From assembly GCF_039654945.1 (NCBI RefSeq), contig NW_027361723.1:2604001-2668000 (forward strand): a DNA stretch of 64,000 nt, written 5' to 3'. Source of the stretch: Dendrobates tinctorius (lineage: Eukaryota). Position numbers and translations under genes: made by a program. Positions 36,455 through 50,392 of this stretch are shown in pieces (the stretch's first letter is position 1; each line of letters starts with the position of its first letter). The notes under the pieces were generated by a model. The model saw only the letters and a program-made list of their open reading frames with translations, was not told the DNA's origin and did not search any database.

Positions 36455-36574
36455 CGACTCCGACTGACGCTTCCACTGTCCGACAATACGTTTCTCCATT
36501 CGTGCAGTTTGCCGCAGTCTGACAATTGGAGTTGGAACTTGCTGCTGTGCAGACGTAGCATTTCAGAGAGTAAG
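36455..36574 (-). CDS. Ly6/uPAR gene, 120-nt phase 1/1 exon (YSLKCYVCTAASSNSNCQTAANCTNGETYCRT...)
   Basis: CCCGCAG acceptor and GTGAGC donor; splicing to the next exon gives a full 10-Cys LU domain; no signal-peptide exon found. Confidence 0.88.
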
Positions 36575-36835
36575 CTGCGGGCAGAAGGGGAAACATTACA
36601 GCGGACGTACATCACCTCCCAGTGTAGGCACAGAGGAGCGGCCTCCCTAGCAGCTGCTCCCGGCATCTACGTGGGCTCACCTATAGACATCTATACCTCT
36701 GCAAATCTAGCATGGAGGGCAGAGACAGTAACAGTGATCCACAGGCTCCACGGAGCACAGGACAACTCTGCCTACAGCTCCAATGGGAGAGTGCAGGTTA
36801 TACAAGGGGCTTATGATGTTCGCTCCCCTCTCTGG

Positions 36836-38248
36836 GAGCAAATGTTGTTCCTATCTTCAAAAAGGGGAAGAAGGTGGACCCAGGTAACTATAGGCCGGTG
36901 AGTCTGACTTCTATACCAGGAAAGATCTTTGAACAAATTATTAAACAACATGTATGTCAATACCTGGATAAGAATGAAGTGATTAAACAGAGTCAGCATG
37001 GGTTTGTAACTAATAAGTCATGTCAGACTAACTTAATTTCCTTCTATGACGGTATCACTGATTGGGTGGATCAAGGAAATGCTGTAGATATAGTATATCT
37101 TGACTTCAGCAAAGCATTTGACAAAGTCTCTCATACAATCCTTATTGAAAAAATGATTAAGTATGGAATGGACAAGGCAACTGTTAGGTGGATTCATAAC
37201 TGGCTTAGTGATCGGACCCAAAGAGTGGTCGTAAATGGCTGCACATCCAGTTGGAAGAATGTCTCAAGTGGGGTACCACAGGGCACTGTCCTGGGCTCTG
37301 TATTGTTCAACATCTTTATCAACGATTTAGATGAAGGAATTGAGGGTAAACTGATTAAATTTGCTGATGACACAAAGCTAGGAGGGATAGCTAATACTAG
37401 AGAAGAGAGAGAGAGGATTCAAAAAGATTTAAATAAACTGGAGAAGTGGGCAGCAACTAACAGAATGGTTTTTAACAGGGAGAAATGCAAAGTACTACAT
37501 CTGGGCAATAAAAATGGAAAAAGCATATATAGAATGGGAGGAATAGGGCTAAGTGACAGCACATGTGAAAAAGACTTGGGTATACTAATAGATCACAGAC
37601 TGAATATGAGTCAACAGTGTGATGCAGCAGCAAAAAAGGCAAATGCAATTCTAGGATGTATTAACAGAAGCATACAGTCTAGATCACGTGAAGTCATTAT
37701 TTCCCTCTACTCCTCTTTGGTCAGACCTCATCTGGAATATTGTGTCCAGTTTTGGGCACCACATTTTAAAAAAGACATCAACAAACTGGAGCAAGTTCAG
37801 AAAAGAGCGACCAGAATGGTGACCAGTCTGCAAACCCTGTCTTATGAGGAAAGGTTGCAGGATTTGGGAATGTTTAGTTTGCAAAAGAGAAGACTGAGAG
37901 GAGACTTAATAGCTGTCTACAAATATCTAAAGGGCTGTCACATTGTAGAAGGATCAACTTTATTCTCATTTGCACAAGGAAAGACTAGAAGCAATGGGAT
38001 GAAACTGAATGGGAGGAGACACAGATTAGATATTAGAAAAAACTTTTTGACAGTTAGAGTGATCAATGAGTGGAACAGGCTGCCACGAGAAGTGGTGAGT
38101 TCTCCTTCAATGGAAGTCTTCAAACAGAGGCTGGACAGACATCTGACTGGGATGATTTAGCGAATCCTGCTTTGAGCAGGGGGTTGGACCAGATGGCCCA
38201 GGAGGTCCCTTCCAACTCTACGGTTCTATGATTCTATGATTCTATGAT
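36836..38248 (+). mobile_element. CR1 LINE, 5'-truncated, RT ORF open to its stop (36874-38160)
   Basis: NYRPVSL, QHGF, YLDFSKAFD and FADD motifs; (ATTCTATG)n tail. Confidence 0.95.
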
Positions 38249-38942
38249 CTAATCCTATCCTGTGTGATACTGTCTGCTGAGCCGTGTATCTAATCCCATC
38301 CTGTGTGATACTGACTGCTGAGCTGTGTATCTAATCCTCTCCTGTGTGATACTGACTGCTGAGCCGTGTATCTAATCCCATCCTGTGTGATACTGACTGC
38401 TGAGCTGTGTATCTAATTCTATCCTGTGTGATACTGACTGCTGAGCCGTGTATCTAATCCTCTCCTGTGTGATACTGACTGCTGAGCTGTGTATCTAATC
38501 CTCTCCTGTGTGATACTGACTTCTGAGCCGTGTATCTAATCCTCTCCTGTGTGATACTGACTGCTGAGCCGTGTATCTAATCCTACTGTGTGCTGAGCCG
38601 TGCATCTAATCCTCTCCTGTGTGATACTGACTGCTGAGCCGTGTATCTAATCCTCTCCTGTGTGATACTGACCGCTGAGCTGTGTATCTAATCCTCTCCT
38701 GTGTGATACTGACTTCTGAGCCGTGTATCTAATCCTCTCCTGTGTGATACTGACTGCTGAGCCGTGTATCTAATCCTACTGTGTGCTGAGCCGTGCATCT
38801 AATCCTCTCCTGTGTGATACTGACTGCTGAGCCGTGTATCTAATCCTTTCCTGTGTGATACTGACTGCTGAGCCGTGTATCTAATCCTCTCTTGCGTGAT
38901 ACTGTCTGCTGAGCCGTGTATCTAATCCTCTCCTGTGTGATA
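38249..38942. repeat. 41-bp minisatellite (CTAATCCTCTCCTGTGTGATACTGACTGCTGAGCCGTGTAT)
   Basis: About 17 tandem units. Confidence 0.95.
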
Positions 38943-41073
38943 AAAAAGAGAATTGGAGGGATCCAATGGCTGGATATCCTTAAAGACAAAAATGTCCAGG
39001 AAGGATGGGAAATCTTGAAAAATGAAATTCTCAAAGCACAATTGTTAACAATTCTGAAAAGAGGGAAGAATAGGAAGCATTTAAGGAAGCCAGGATGGAT
39101 GAACACAGAACTTAAGCACATGCTAAAAAGGAAGAAAAAAATGTTTATAAAATGGAAAGAGGGAGGCATATCTAAAGAAGAATATAATGCTGTCTGCAGA
39201 ACCTGCAGGGAACAAATCAGATTAGCTAAAGCTGACAATGAATTGAGGCTTGCAAGAGATGTCAAAAGCAATAATAAAGGATTTTGGGGATATGTCAAAA
39301 GTAAAAGAAAAGTCAAAGATGCTATAGGATTTTTACAGGATGAAAATGATGAAATGGTAAGACAGGATGTTGAGAAGGCTGAACTTTTAAATTCCTATTT
39401 TGCATCTGTTTTCTCTCAGAAAGGAAATGTAACATCAACTGTTCTTCACTGTCCTATTAAGGGAATAGAAGAATCCAGGATATCTATAAACAGAAAGATA
39501 GTGAGGAAACACTTAGCTAACCTAAATGAATTCAAGTCACCAGGTCCAGATGAATTACACCCCTACACCCCAGAGTACTGAAGGAGATAGCAGAAGAAAT
39601 TTCTGAACCCCTCTCCATAATCTTTGAAAATTCTTGGAGAACAGGAGAAGTCCCAGAAGACTGGAGAAGAGCAAATGTTGTTCCTATCTTCAAAAAGGGG
39701 AAGAAGGTGGACCCAGGCAACTATAAGCCGGTGAGTCTGACTTCTATACCAGGAAAGATCTTTGAACAAATTATTAAACAACATGTATGTCAGTACCTGG
39801 ATAAGAATGAAGTGATTAAACAGAGTCAGCATGGGTTTGTAACTAATAAGTCATGTCAGACTAACTTAATTTCCTTCTATGATGGAATCACTGATTGGGT
39901 GGATCAAGGAAATGCTGTAGATATAGTGTATCTTGACTTCAGCAAAGCATTTGATAAAGTATCTCATACAATCCTTATTGAAAAAATGACTAAGTATGGA
40001 ATGGACAAGGCAACTGTTAGGTGGATTCATAACTGGCTTAGTGATCGGACCCAAAGAGTGGTCGTAAATGGCTGCACATCCAGTTGGAAGAATGTCTCAA
40101 GTGGGGTACCACAGGGCTCTGCCCTGGGCCCTGTATTGTTCAACATCTTTATCAACGATTTAGATGAAGGAATTGAGGGTAAACTGATTAAATTTGCTGA
40201 TGACACAAAGCTAGGAGGGATAGCTAATACTAGAGAAGAGAGAGAGAGGATTCAAAAAGCTATAAATAAACTGGAGAAGTGGGCAGCAACAAACAGAATG
40301 GTTTTTAACAGGGAAAAATGCAAAGTACTACATCTGGGCAATAAAAATGAAAAAAGCATATACAGAATAGGAGGAATAGGGCTAAGCAACAGCACATGTG
40401 AAAAAGACTTGGGCATACTAATAGATCACAGACTGAATATGAGTCAACAGTGTGATGCAGCAGCAAAAAAGGCAAATGCAATTCTAGGATGTATTAACAG
40501 AAGCATACAGTCTAGATCACGTGAAGTCATTATTTCCCTCTACTCCTCTTTGGTCAGACCTCATCTGGAATATTGTGTCCAGTTTTGGGCACCACATTTT
40601 AAAAAAGACATCAACAAACTGGAGCAAGTTCAGAAAAGAGCGACCAGAATGGTGACCGGTCTGCAAACCCTGTCTTATGAGGAAAGGTTGTAGGATTTGG
40701 GAATGTTTAGTTTGCAAAAGAGAAGACTGAGAGGAGACTTAATAGCTGTCTACAAATATCTAAAGGGCTGTCACATTGTAGAAGGATCAACTTTATTCTC
40801 ATTTGCACAAGGAAAGACTAGAAGCAATGGGATGAAACTGAATGGGAGGAGACACAGATTAGATATTAGAAAAAACTTTTTGACAGTTAGAGTGATCAAT
40901 GAGTGGAACAAGCTGCCACAAGAAGTGGTGAGTTCTCCTTCAATGGAAGTCTTCAAACAGAGGCTGGACAGACATCTGACTGGGATGATTTAGCGAATCC
41001 TGCTTTGAGCAGGGGGTTGGACCAGATGGCCCAGGAGGTCCCTTCCAACTCTACGATTCTATGATTCTATGAT
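38943..41073 (+). mobile_element. CR1 LINE of the same subfamily; frameshift at ~39560 and TAG at 40691
   Basis: Near-identical to 36836-38248 and extends further 5'; TACACCCC duplication; ATTCTATG tail. Confidence 0.95.
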
Positions 41074-41402
41074 ACTGACTGCTGAGCTGTGTATCTAATC
41101 CTCTCCTGTGTGATACTGACTGCTGAGCCGTGTATCTAATCCTCTCCTGTGTGATATTGACTGCTCAGCCGTGTATCTAATCCTCTCCTATGTGATACTG
41201 ACTGCTGAGCCGTGTATCTAATCCTCTCCTGTGTGATACTGACTGCTGAGCCGTGTATCTAATCCTCTCCTGTGTGATACTGACTGCTGAGCCGTGTATC
41301 TAATCCTCTCCTGTGTGATACTGACTGCTGAGCCGTGTATCTAATCCTACTGTGTGCTGAGCCGTGCATCTAATCCTCTCCTGTGTGATACTGACTGCTG
41401 AG
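41074..41402. repeat. 41-bp minisatellite, continued
   Basis: About 8 units, cut by the hAT TIR. Confidence 0.93.
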
Positions 41403-42489
41403 TAGTGTTGAGCGATACCTTCCGATATAGGGAAATATCGGATCGGACTGATACCCACAAAGTATCGGATATCGCCGATTCCGATACCGGAAACCAATGC
41501 AAGTCAATGGGACAGAAATATCGGAATTAAAATAAACCCTTTCTTTCCTTGTAGGTTAATTCTACATGAAGGAAAACAACTAATAATAATGTAGAATGTA
41601 TTGGGGGAGGTGGAGGAGACATTAAAGCCATAGAGATTTAGCCCAATCAAATGGAATAGCAGGAATTTTTTTTTTTTAAGACGTTCAGAGTTACAAAGAT
41701 ATTGACTATGTTAACCTTTTTAATATTTTGTCAGATATGTATGTTTCACTACTTCTATGCTCTTCTCCTTCTTTTTTACTTCTCCCACACTTTCTCCTTC
41801 ATGATCCTCAGCAGCAGCATCTTTTTCATCAACTTCTTCTTCACCTTATTCATCTTCTTTTTCTTCACTTTCTTCCTATTATTCTTTTTATGTTACATTC
41901 TTCATCTTCTTCCTATTCTTCTTCTTCATCATATTCTTATTTGTGACAGGCATTCCTGTAGTTGTTATCTATAAAAGTTTGGAGATTACACCAGCCGTTC
42001 TGCCTGTCACAAAAGATTTACAACAGGATTTGTCCGCGTTCAGTTCGGCCTGCAGCAGCAGGCATTTTCCAGGGGCACCACAAGGAGGAACGGACTCACC
42101 CCCATACACTGCTTAATCTTCTTCTGCTTATAATTTAGATAATATCTGTTGCTCTGATTTTTAGTCTTATGCTTAATGTTCTTCTGATTTTTGTTCTGCT
42201 TTTTGTTCTTCTGCTTCTTGGTCTTCTGTCTCTTGTTGTTCTGTATCTTGGTGGTTGTCTTCATGTTCTTTGTCCTCTTGGTCATCTTCTTCAGGGTCAT
42301 CTTTTTGGTCTTGTTTGGGGTGGTCTTCATGGTGGTCGTCTTCAGGGTTGTCATCTTTGGGGTCGTCGTCTTCTTCGGGGTGGTCTTCAGGGTCGTCGTC
42401 TTCAGGGTCATCGTCTTCGGGGTTTTCCTCTTCTTCAAGGTGGTCTTCAGGGTTGTCGTTTCAGGGTCATCGTCAGGGAGATCCAGATT

Positions 42490-44066
42490 GATTACCAAAA
42501 ACCATTTCAAAAAGCTTGAACTTGGAAATGTAGCAGAAGGTACAAGAAGGCTGAGGAACTGCGGAGAACCAGCTGACAGTACTGGAACCCGGATGGGAAG
42601 CAGAAGGAACAAGAGCCATTGGCACTACCGAGGACCAGCTGATGGTACTGGAACCCGGTTACTAAGCAGGAGGTACCTGTGCTAGAAAGCACTACCAAGG
42701 ACCAGCAGACGTTGCTGGATCTCGGATACTGAAAAGGAGGCACCTAAGCCAAAAGGCACGGCCGAGAACCAGCTGACGGTGCTGGAACACGGATGGGTAG
42801 CAGAAGCTACAAGAGCCAATGGAACTACCGAGGACCAACTGACGGTGCTGGAACCCGGAGGGGCAGCAGAAGGAACAAGAGCCAATAGCACTACCGAGGA
42901 CCAGCTGATGTTACTGGAACCCGGTTACTAAGCAGGAGGTACTTGTGCCAGAAAGCACTAAAAAGGACCAGCAGACGTTGCTGGAACTTGGATACCGAGA
43001 AAGAGGCACCAAAGCTAAAGGCACTGCCGAGAACCAGCTGACGGTACTGGAACCCGGATGGGTAGCAGAAGGTACCCATGAAAAACAAAGTTGCAAGGCC
43101 TAGAGCCGGCCGCAGTTACCGAAACCCACAGTCCTACAGGGGGTGCTTGTCCTATTGGCACTACGGAACCAGCCTTTATTGACAGATCCCGCAGCCCACA
43201 TAGGAAGCACCTAAACTGCAGGCAACATAGAGTCGGCTAACCCGACCGCAACACGACAGGACAACGTATTAGTGGCAAAGCGACGTTGACACTACCCGGA
43301 AACAGCCGGCGTGCTGGAACCAGGCTTGGTAGGAGAGAGTACCCGTGCCAAAGACACTGCCAGGAACCAGCTGGTGGTGCTGGAACCCAGGGTAAATACT
43401 ACAAACAGAGTGGAGACAGAGGCCTAATTAGAGCAAGTTTAAAATCTGTAGTTGTGTGAGTGTGGACAGAGCAGGAGAAACTGCCGGACACACAGCTGGG
43501 GATCAGCTGACATTACAGAACCCCAATAACACTGGAGCATATGTTGACTGTGCAGACGGCACTTCTGAGCAGCAACTGGTGGTGTTGGAGCCCAGGGTCA
43601 ATAGTACAAACAGAGTGGAGGCAGAGGCCTATTTGGAGCAAGTTTAAAATCTGTAGTTGTGTGAGTGTGGACAGAGCAAGAGAAATTGCAGGACACACAT
43701 CTGGGGATCAGCTGACATTACAGAACCCCAATAACACTGGAGCATATGTTGACTGTGCAGACGGCACTTCTGAGCAGCTACTGGCGGTGTTGGAGCCCAG
43801 GGTTAATACTACAAACATAGTGGAGCCAGAGGCCTAATTGGATCAAGATTAATATCTGTTGTAGACTACTACTGATTTTAAACTTGCTCCAATTAGGCCT
43901 CTGGCTCCACTCTAGTAGGGGAATGTGGACAGAGCAGGAGAAATTGCCGGACACACAGCTGGGGATCAGCTGACGTTACATAACCCCAGTAACACAGGAG
44001 CAAATGTTGATTGTGCAGATGGCACTTCTGAGCAGCAACTGGTGGTGTTGGAGCCCAGGGTAAATA
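42490..44066. repeat. Internal ~60-bp and ~200-bp tandem repeats of the hAT (resume at 46128-46520)
   Basis: Recurrent GACCAGCTGACGGTACTGGAACCCGG and GAGGCCTAATTGGAGCAAGTTTAA units. Confidence 0.75.
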
Positions 44067-46127
44067 ATATAAGATAATCCTTTAATCGTCCCACCATGGG
44101 GAAATTCAGAGCATTACAGCAGCAAGGCAGGAACAAGTACAGATACAGATGCATAAAGGCATCACATTGACAGTAGGTAGGTACATATACGGGAAAAAAA
44201 AAAAAAAGATATAACCGGACTATCACAACTTTTGGATCTATCAGTTCACTGTTTGGGTCGTTCTCCGTTTTGGACAGTGCTGGTTATACAGCCTAACTGC
44301 AGCAGGAAGGAAGGACTTTCGATAGTGCTCCCTCTCACATTTAGGATGAAGTAGCCGTCACTGACAGTACTGCACATCTTTGTCACGGTCTCATGCATGG
44401 GATGGGAATCATTCTGCACCATGTAGCTCACCTTGGCCAGTATCCTCCTGTCGCCTACTTCCTGAACTGGATCAAGGGGGCATCCCAGGACAGAGCTGAC
44501 CCTTCTAATCAGTTTGTCCAGCCTATTCCTGTCCCTAGTTGATATGCCACTACCCCAGCACGCCACACCAAAGAAGATGACTGATGCCACAACAGAGTTG
44601 AAGAAGGATGCAAGGAGTGCCCCCCCTAACTCCGAAGGCTCTCAGCCTTCTGAGCAGAAAAAGCCTACTTTGGCCCTTCCTGTACACTGCATCCAAGTGA
44701 TGGGCCCAGTCAAGCTTATTATTGAGGATGACACCAAGGTACTTATAGGTGTCGACTATCTCAATGTCATTTCCCTGAATGTTCACCACTACTGGTGGAT
44801 TTTTTCCCTTGCGAAAGTCCACCACCAATTCCTTGGTCTTCCCGGAATTAATCCTAAGGTGGTTCCTCTGACACCACTCCACAAAAGCTTGGTTAGTATC
44901 TCTGTACTCTCTTTCATCTCCTCCTGTGATGAGGCCTACTATTGCAGAGTCATCAGAACACTTCTGCAAGTAGCAGCTAGATGAGTTGCACTTAAAATTC
45001 GCAGTGTACAGTGTGAAGAGAAAAGGGGCAAGAACTGTACCTTGAGGTGCCCCTGTATTGCAGATCACCGTGTCTGACACACTGTCCCGAACCTTTACAA
45101 ACTGAGGTCGGTTCGTGAGGTAGTTAAGGATCCAGGTGAAGAGTTGGAGGTCCACGCCAACAAGGCCCAGCTTGTCTCTCAGTAGACCTGGCTGCATGGT
45201 ATTAAAAGCACTAGAGAAATCAAAGAACATTATTCTCACAGTGTTCCCAGGTTTCTCCAGGTGAGAGAGTCCTATCTAGAAGGTGGATAATGGCATCATC
45301 CACAGCAATGCCCAGCCTGTAGGCAAACTGGAGAGGGTCCATATCCGAGCTCACTAGAGGACGGAGACGTTTGAGAACCAATCTCTCTAGTACCTTCATC
45401 AGGTGTGAAGTCAATGCTACAGGTCTATAGTCATTAAGGTCTTTCGGATAAGGTTTCTTCGGAACTGGTACCACACACGAAAATTTCCACAGTTGTGGTA
45501 CTATACCTATTCTCAGGCTCATATTGAACAGATATGTAATGATCTCACTCAGCTGGTGCCCGCAGGTTTTGATTAGCCTTGCACTGATGCCGTCAGGACC
45601 TGCAGCCTTCAAAACTTTGATCTTATCCAGTTCTTTTGCAACCTGGGTACTTGTGAAGAACAGACCCTGGCTCAATTGACAAGTTGCAGCAGGGGGGTGA
45701 GGTTATTGTAGCAGAGAGGTGTGAATGAAATGCAGGGGCAGGAGCAGCCAGTGTGTGATTAAATCTGTTAAAGAATAGACTAAGTTCATTAAGCCCCTCT
45801 TTATCTACAACCATCCTGGTGACAGTCTGTCTATGCCCAGTTATAGACTTTAGACCCTCCCAGACTTCATGAATCCTTTTCTGTGACAATTTCAGTTCAA
45901 TCTTTCTCTTATAATTAGCCTTTCCCTGCCTGATTAGATTATTCAGATCTTTCTGCACCTCTCTCAGCCTGCCCTTGTCACCTGATCTGAAGGCCAACTT
46001 CTTCTCTTTGAGAAGAGCCTTTATTCCGGGGCTGATCGATGGTTTATTGTTAGAGAAGCACCTCACTACTTTTGTGGGTACCGTGTTGTCTACACGGAAA
46101 TTAATGTAGTCCGTTATACAATGTGTA
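44067..46127 (-). mobile_element. Rex1/Babar non-LTR retrotransposon, 5'-truncated and frameshifted
   Basis: DYRPVALTSHLMK, DPLQFAY, FFDFSSAFNT and GAPQG motifs; GAATTTCCCC-type 3' end; possible TSD TAAATA. Confidence 0.88.
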
Positions 46128-46590
46128 TAAATACTAGAGACAGAGGCCTAATTGGAGCAAGTTTAAAATCAGTAGTAGTGTGAATGTGGACAGAGCAGGA
46201 GACATTGCCGGACACACAGCAGGGGAGCAGCTGGAGTTACTGAACCCCACTAACACAGGAGCTAGTGTTTTTCTCTGTGCAGACGGCACTTCTGAGCAGC
46301 AACTGGCAGTGTTGGAGCCAGGGTAAATCAGGGTGTAGGCTGAGGCCTAATTGGAACAAGTTTAATATCTGATGCAGTGTGAATGTGGAGGGAGCAGGAG
46401 ATGTTGCCGGACACACAGCAAGGGAGCAGCTGGCGTTACTGAACCCCACTAACACAGGAGCTAGTGTTTTTCTTTGTGCAGACTGCACTTCTGAGCAGCA
46501 AGTGGCGGTGTTGGAGCCCAGGGTCAATCAGTTCAGGTGGTAGAAACATGAACTCAACAGGAGACCTGGATACTTTTGCCAACCAATTAT

Positions 46591-49500
46591 TTAATCTGGA
46601 AGAGGACTGGCAAATTCCGGCGCTATCTAGGCCTTGCTCATTTTCAGAAAAGTAATCCCGTCAACGTTAGTCGCGTGCGACGGTCTGTTAGTACACCACC
46701 TGCGGCACTAAAGACACGTTCCGATAATACACTGGCAGCTGGGCAAGCCAGCACCTCCAATGCATACTGGCTAAGCTCTGGCCATGTATCCAGCTTAGAG
46801 ACCCAAAACTTGAAGGGGGAAGAGCCGTCTGGGAGTACACTGACAGGGCAAGACAAGTAGTCTGTCACCATCTGACGGAAACGTTGCCTCCTGCTGACTG
46901 GAGCCGTCTGTAATGGTGTAGACATTTGTGGCGGGCACACAAAACTTTGACACATTTGGGCCATACTGGTCTTGCCTTGTGCTGAGGCGCTGCCTCTGCT
47001 CCCTCTTCGTGCAGAGCTTCCTCCACTGCCTCGACGCACAGAGCTGCTTTGTAAAGCACTAGCAGCACTGCTCTCGGGTGGAATGGAGAACATGATGGAA
47101 TGCACCAGTGTGTCTTGGTATTCCCGCATTTTACGCTCCCGGTTCAACGTTGGTATGAGGGTTTGAAAGTTGTCCCGGTAGCGAGGATCTAGGAGGGTGT
47201 ACACCCAATAATCAGCCGCGTTGAGAATGTGGGCGATGCGGCGGTCGTTTCTCAGGCACTGCAGCATGAAATCAACCATGTGCTGCAGACTCCCAACTAC
47301 CAAAGAACCGCTGTCCCCTGCTTGAGGCGTGATCTCTGCCTGCTCTGCATCACCCCACCCTCGCTGTACATACTGACTAGAGCTTTGTGTACCCCCCTCC
47401 TGTGGAGAGATGTCTTCCTCCTCCATCGACTCCTCCTCACAAAGTGTCCCCTGCCTAGGCCTTTGTGAGGAAACACGTAGCGCAGACTGTCCAGAAGCAG
47501 ATGGCATTTGTGACTCCTCATCCTCCACCTCTTCCAAAACCTCCTCCCTTAGTGCTTGCAGTGTTTTTTGAAGCAGGCAGATAAGGGGGACAGTCATGCT
47601 GACTAGTGCATCATCTGCACTCGCCATCCGCGTGGAATCATCGAAGGCACGCAAAACGAGGCAGATGTCCTTCATAGAGGCCCACTCAGTGGTGCTGAAG
47701 TGTGACCGGCGCACATTGCGACTTGTTTGCACCTGATGCAGCTGGTACTCCATGACTGCTGCCTGCTGCTCACACAACCGCTCCAACATATGTAACGTTG
47801 AATTCCACCTAGTGGGTAGGTCACATATGATGCGATATTCCGGAAGGCGTAATCGGCGCTGCAGAGATGCAATGCGCGATCTTGCCGTGCTGGAACGACG
47901 CAAGTGAGCGCACTCTATGCGGACCTTGTGCAGCAGTGCATCAAGATCCGGATAGTCCCTCAGAAAGCTCTGCACGACCAAGTTGAGCACATGTGCCAGA
48001 CATGGGATGTGAGTGAGGTTTCTTAGGCCAAGAGCTGCCACCAGATTTCGGCCATTGTCACACACTACCAAGCCCGGCTGGAGATTCGCTGGCACAAACC
48101 ACACGTCGCTCTCCTGCTTGATGGCATTCCAGAGCTCCTGCGCTGTGTGGCTTCGATTCCCCAAAGAAATTAATTTCAGTACGGCCTGTTGACGTTTGGC
48201 CGCGGCTGTGCTCATATCGGTCGTAACAGGCTCCTGCTGCGCTGTTTCAGAGGAACTAGAGTAGGAGGAGGAGTCAATATGAACAGACTGGATTCCTGCA
48301 ATCCGTGGAGTTGGCAGAACACGTAGAATGCCACTCTCCAGATCTGTACCCGGCTCCTCAACATTGACCCAATGGGCAGTGAGGGAAAGGTATCGTCCCT
48401 GTCCATGGTTACTGGTCCACGCATCAGTGGTCAGGTGGACCTTGCTACTGACAGCGTTCAGTAGCGCATGTTTTATGTTTGCCTCCATATGTTTCTGCAG
48501 GGCAGGGACGGCTCGCCTGCTGAAATCAAAGCGGCTGGGCACAGTGTATTGTGGGACTGCCAATGCCATGAAGTCCCGGAAGGTGTCAGTCTCCACCAGC
48601 CTGAATGACAGCATTTCAAGGGCCAGTAGTTTGGCAATGCCAGCATTCAGAGCCTGTGCTCGGGGATGGTTTGCCGAGTATGGCCACCTTTTCTCCCATG
48701 CCTGTGCTACCGACGGCTGCCGAGTGGCCTGGGAGTGTGAGGATGACTTGGAACGTGGTGCTGTGGGTGGAATGTCACAGGGTCTCCGGACAACAGTGCC
48801 AGAGGTTCTTCCTTGGCGATCCTGTGAGTAAGTCAAACCAGCTGTGTGTGAGCTGGAGGAAGAGGCCCCAACACGAGCTGAAGAGGTGGTAGGTGCTGCT
48901 GTACGTTGGCCTACGTCATCAGTGTGTCTATGTAACTCCACCTCGTGCTTGGTCCGCACATGTTTCCACATATTAGTGGTATTGAGGTTGCTGACAGTTT
49001 TCCCTCTTTTGACTCTCTGATGACACAGCTTGCATTTGACAAAGCAAATGTCATCTGCAACTGTGTCAAAAAAGGACCACGCACTGCAAGTCTTGGGAGC
49101 GCCCGTTATGCCTTTTGAAAGTGGAATGCTCCTAATGGGTGCCGAAGTGGAGGCTACAGGCAACCAAGTCTGCCCCCTCCCTCTCCCTCCGGTTTTGGCC
49201 TTTCGGGGAATCTCTTCCTCAGAGCTGCTCCCACCACCTTCCTGTTCCTCACGCCATGATGGGTCAAGGACCTCATCATCTACACTCCCCTCTTCAAACA
49301 CCTGCTTCTCCTGGGTTGTCTCGCCAGCACCGTACGCACCAGAAAGTGGTAACTGAGTCTCGTCATCATCTGATGCGTACTGAGGTGTGCTGACCATAGG
49401 CACTGGCCCACCCGCCTCTTCAGATTCAGAGGGACAAAGAAGTTGCGCATCACTGCATACTCCCTCTTCTCATTCTGGAATGCTGCTTGGCTGGCCCCCT

Positions 49501-49919
49501 CTTTCCAAACCAACAGATTCCGAGAACAGAAGTAGAGACTGTGATGGCTCCTGTCCAGGGCTCTCTGACTGCCTGGGCACGTTGGCAGGTGGTGAAGAGA
49601 CAGATGGTTGCTCTTTGATGCTTTGGCCCTGAGAGGATGTGGAAGTAATTGAAGTCGATGCGTTAGCTGCCATCCATCCGACAACGGCTTCAATTTGTTC
49701 CTCCCGTAGCAGTGGGGTACGGCGAGGTCCTACAAAGCTGTGCGTAAAGGACTGTTGCCTGGTAAAACTGGGGGATGCTGACTCACTGGTGCCAGCAGCA
49801 GGCACAGAATCCCCACGTCCTCTCCCTGCAGAATCCCCACGTCCTCTCTCTGCAGAATCCCCATGTCCTCTCCCTGCTGAAACTCCACGACCACGTGCCT
49901 TACTCCCTGCCTTCTTCAT
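46591..49919 (-). pseudogene. hAT transposase pseudogene
   Basis: BED finger, LTTDAW, CLAH, TRWNST and SERVFS motifs; in-frame TGA at 49470-49472; frameshifting deletion at ~46665. Confidence 0.92.
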
Positions 49920-50392
49920 CTTGCTAGACTGAGAAAGATAGGCAGAAAAGTACAAAGGGGGGCCTAAGGCCTCTTTCACACATCAGGTTTTCGCCGTCAG
50001 GCGCGATCCGACGCTTTTGACAGAAACCGGATCCGGCGAAATGCAATGCCGGATCCGGTTTCCCCCCCATTGACTTGCATTTGCGCTGGATCGCGCCGGA
50101 TGGCCATGCGTTTCATCCGGTTTTCGCCGGATCCGGCAATGTGTCGCGATCCGGCGTCTGGAAAAAACGGCTACTGTAACGTTTTTTGTCTCCGGCGTAA
50201 AAGCCGGACACGCCGGATCCGGCGCGTCCGGCTTTTTCACACAATGAAAGCCTATGAGCGCCGCAATGCGCCGGATCCGGCGAAAGCCGGATCCGGTGGC
50301 CGGATCCGGTTTTTGGGTCTGAGCATGCTCAGTAGCTCTGCCCACAAGACATATATAAAAGCAAGACAGTGGGACCCACAGCCACACCCAAC

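Noticed and set aside
36575-36835. Ly6 signal-peptide exon
   Set aside because: Candidate ATG...GT segments give non-hydrophobic peptides, a stop, or an intron of only ~40 nt.
42040-42685. Hydrophobic membrane-protein ORFs
   Set aside because: Low-complexity TTC/GTC repeats that are open in many frames.
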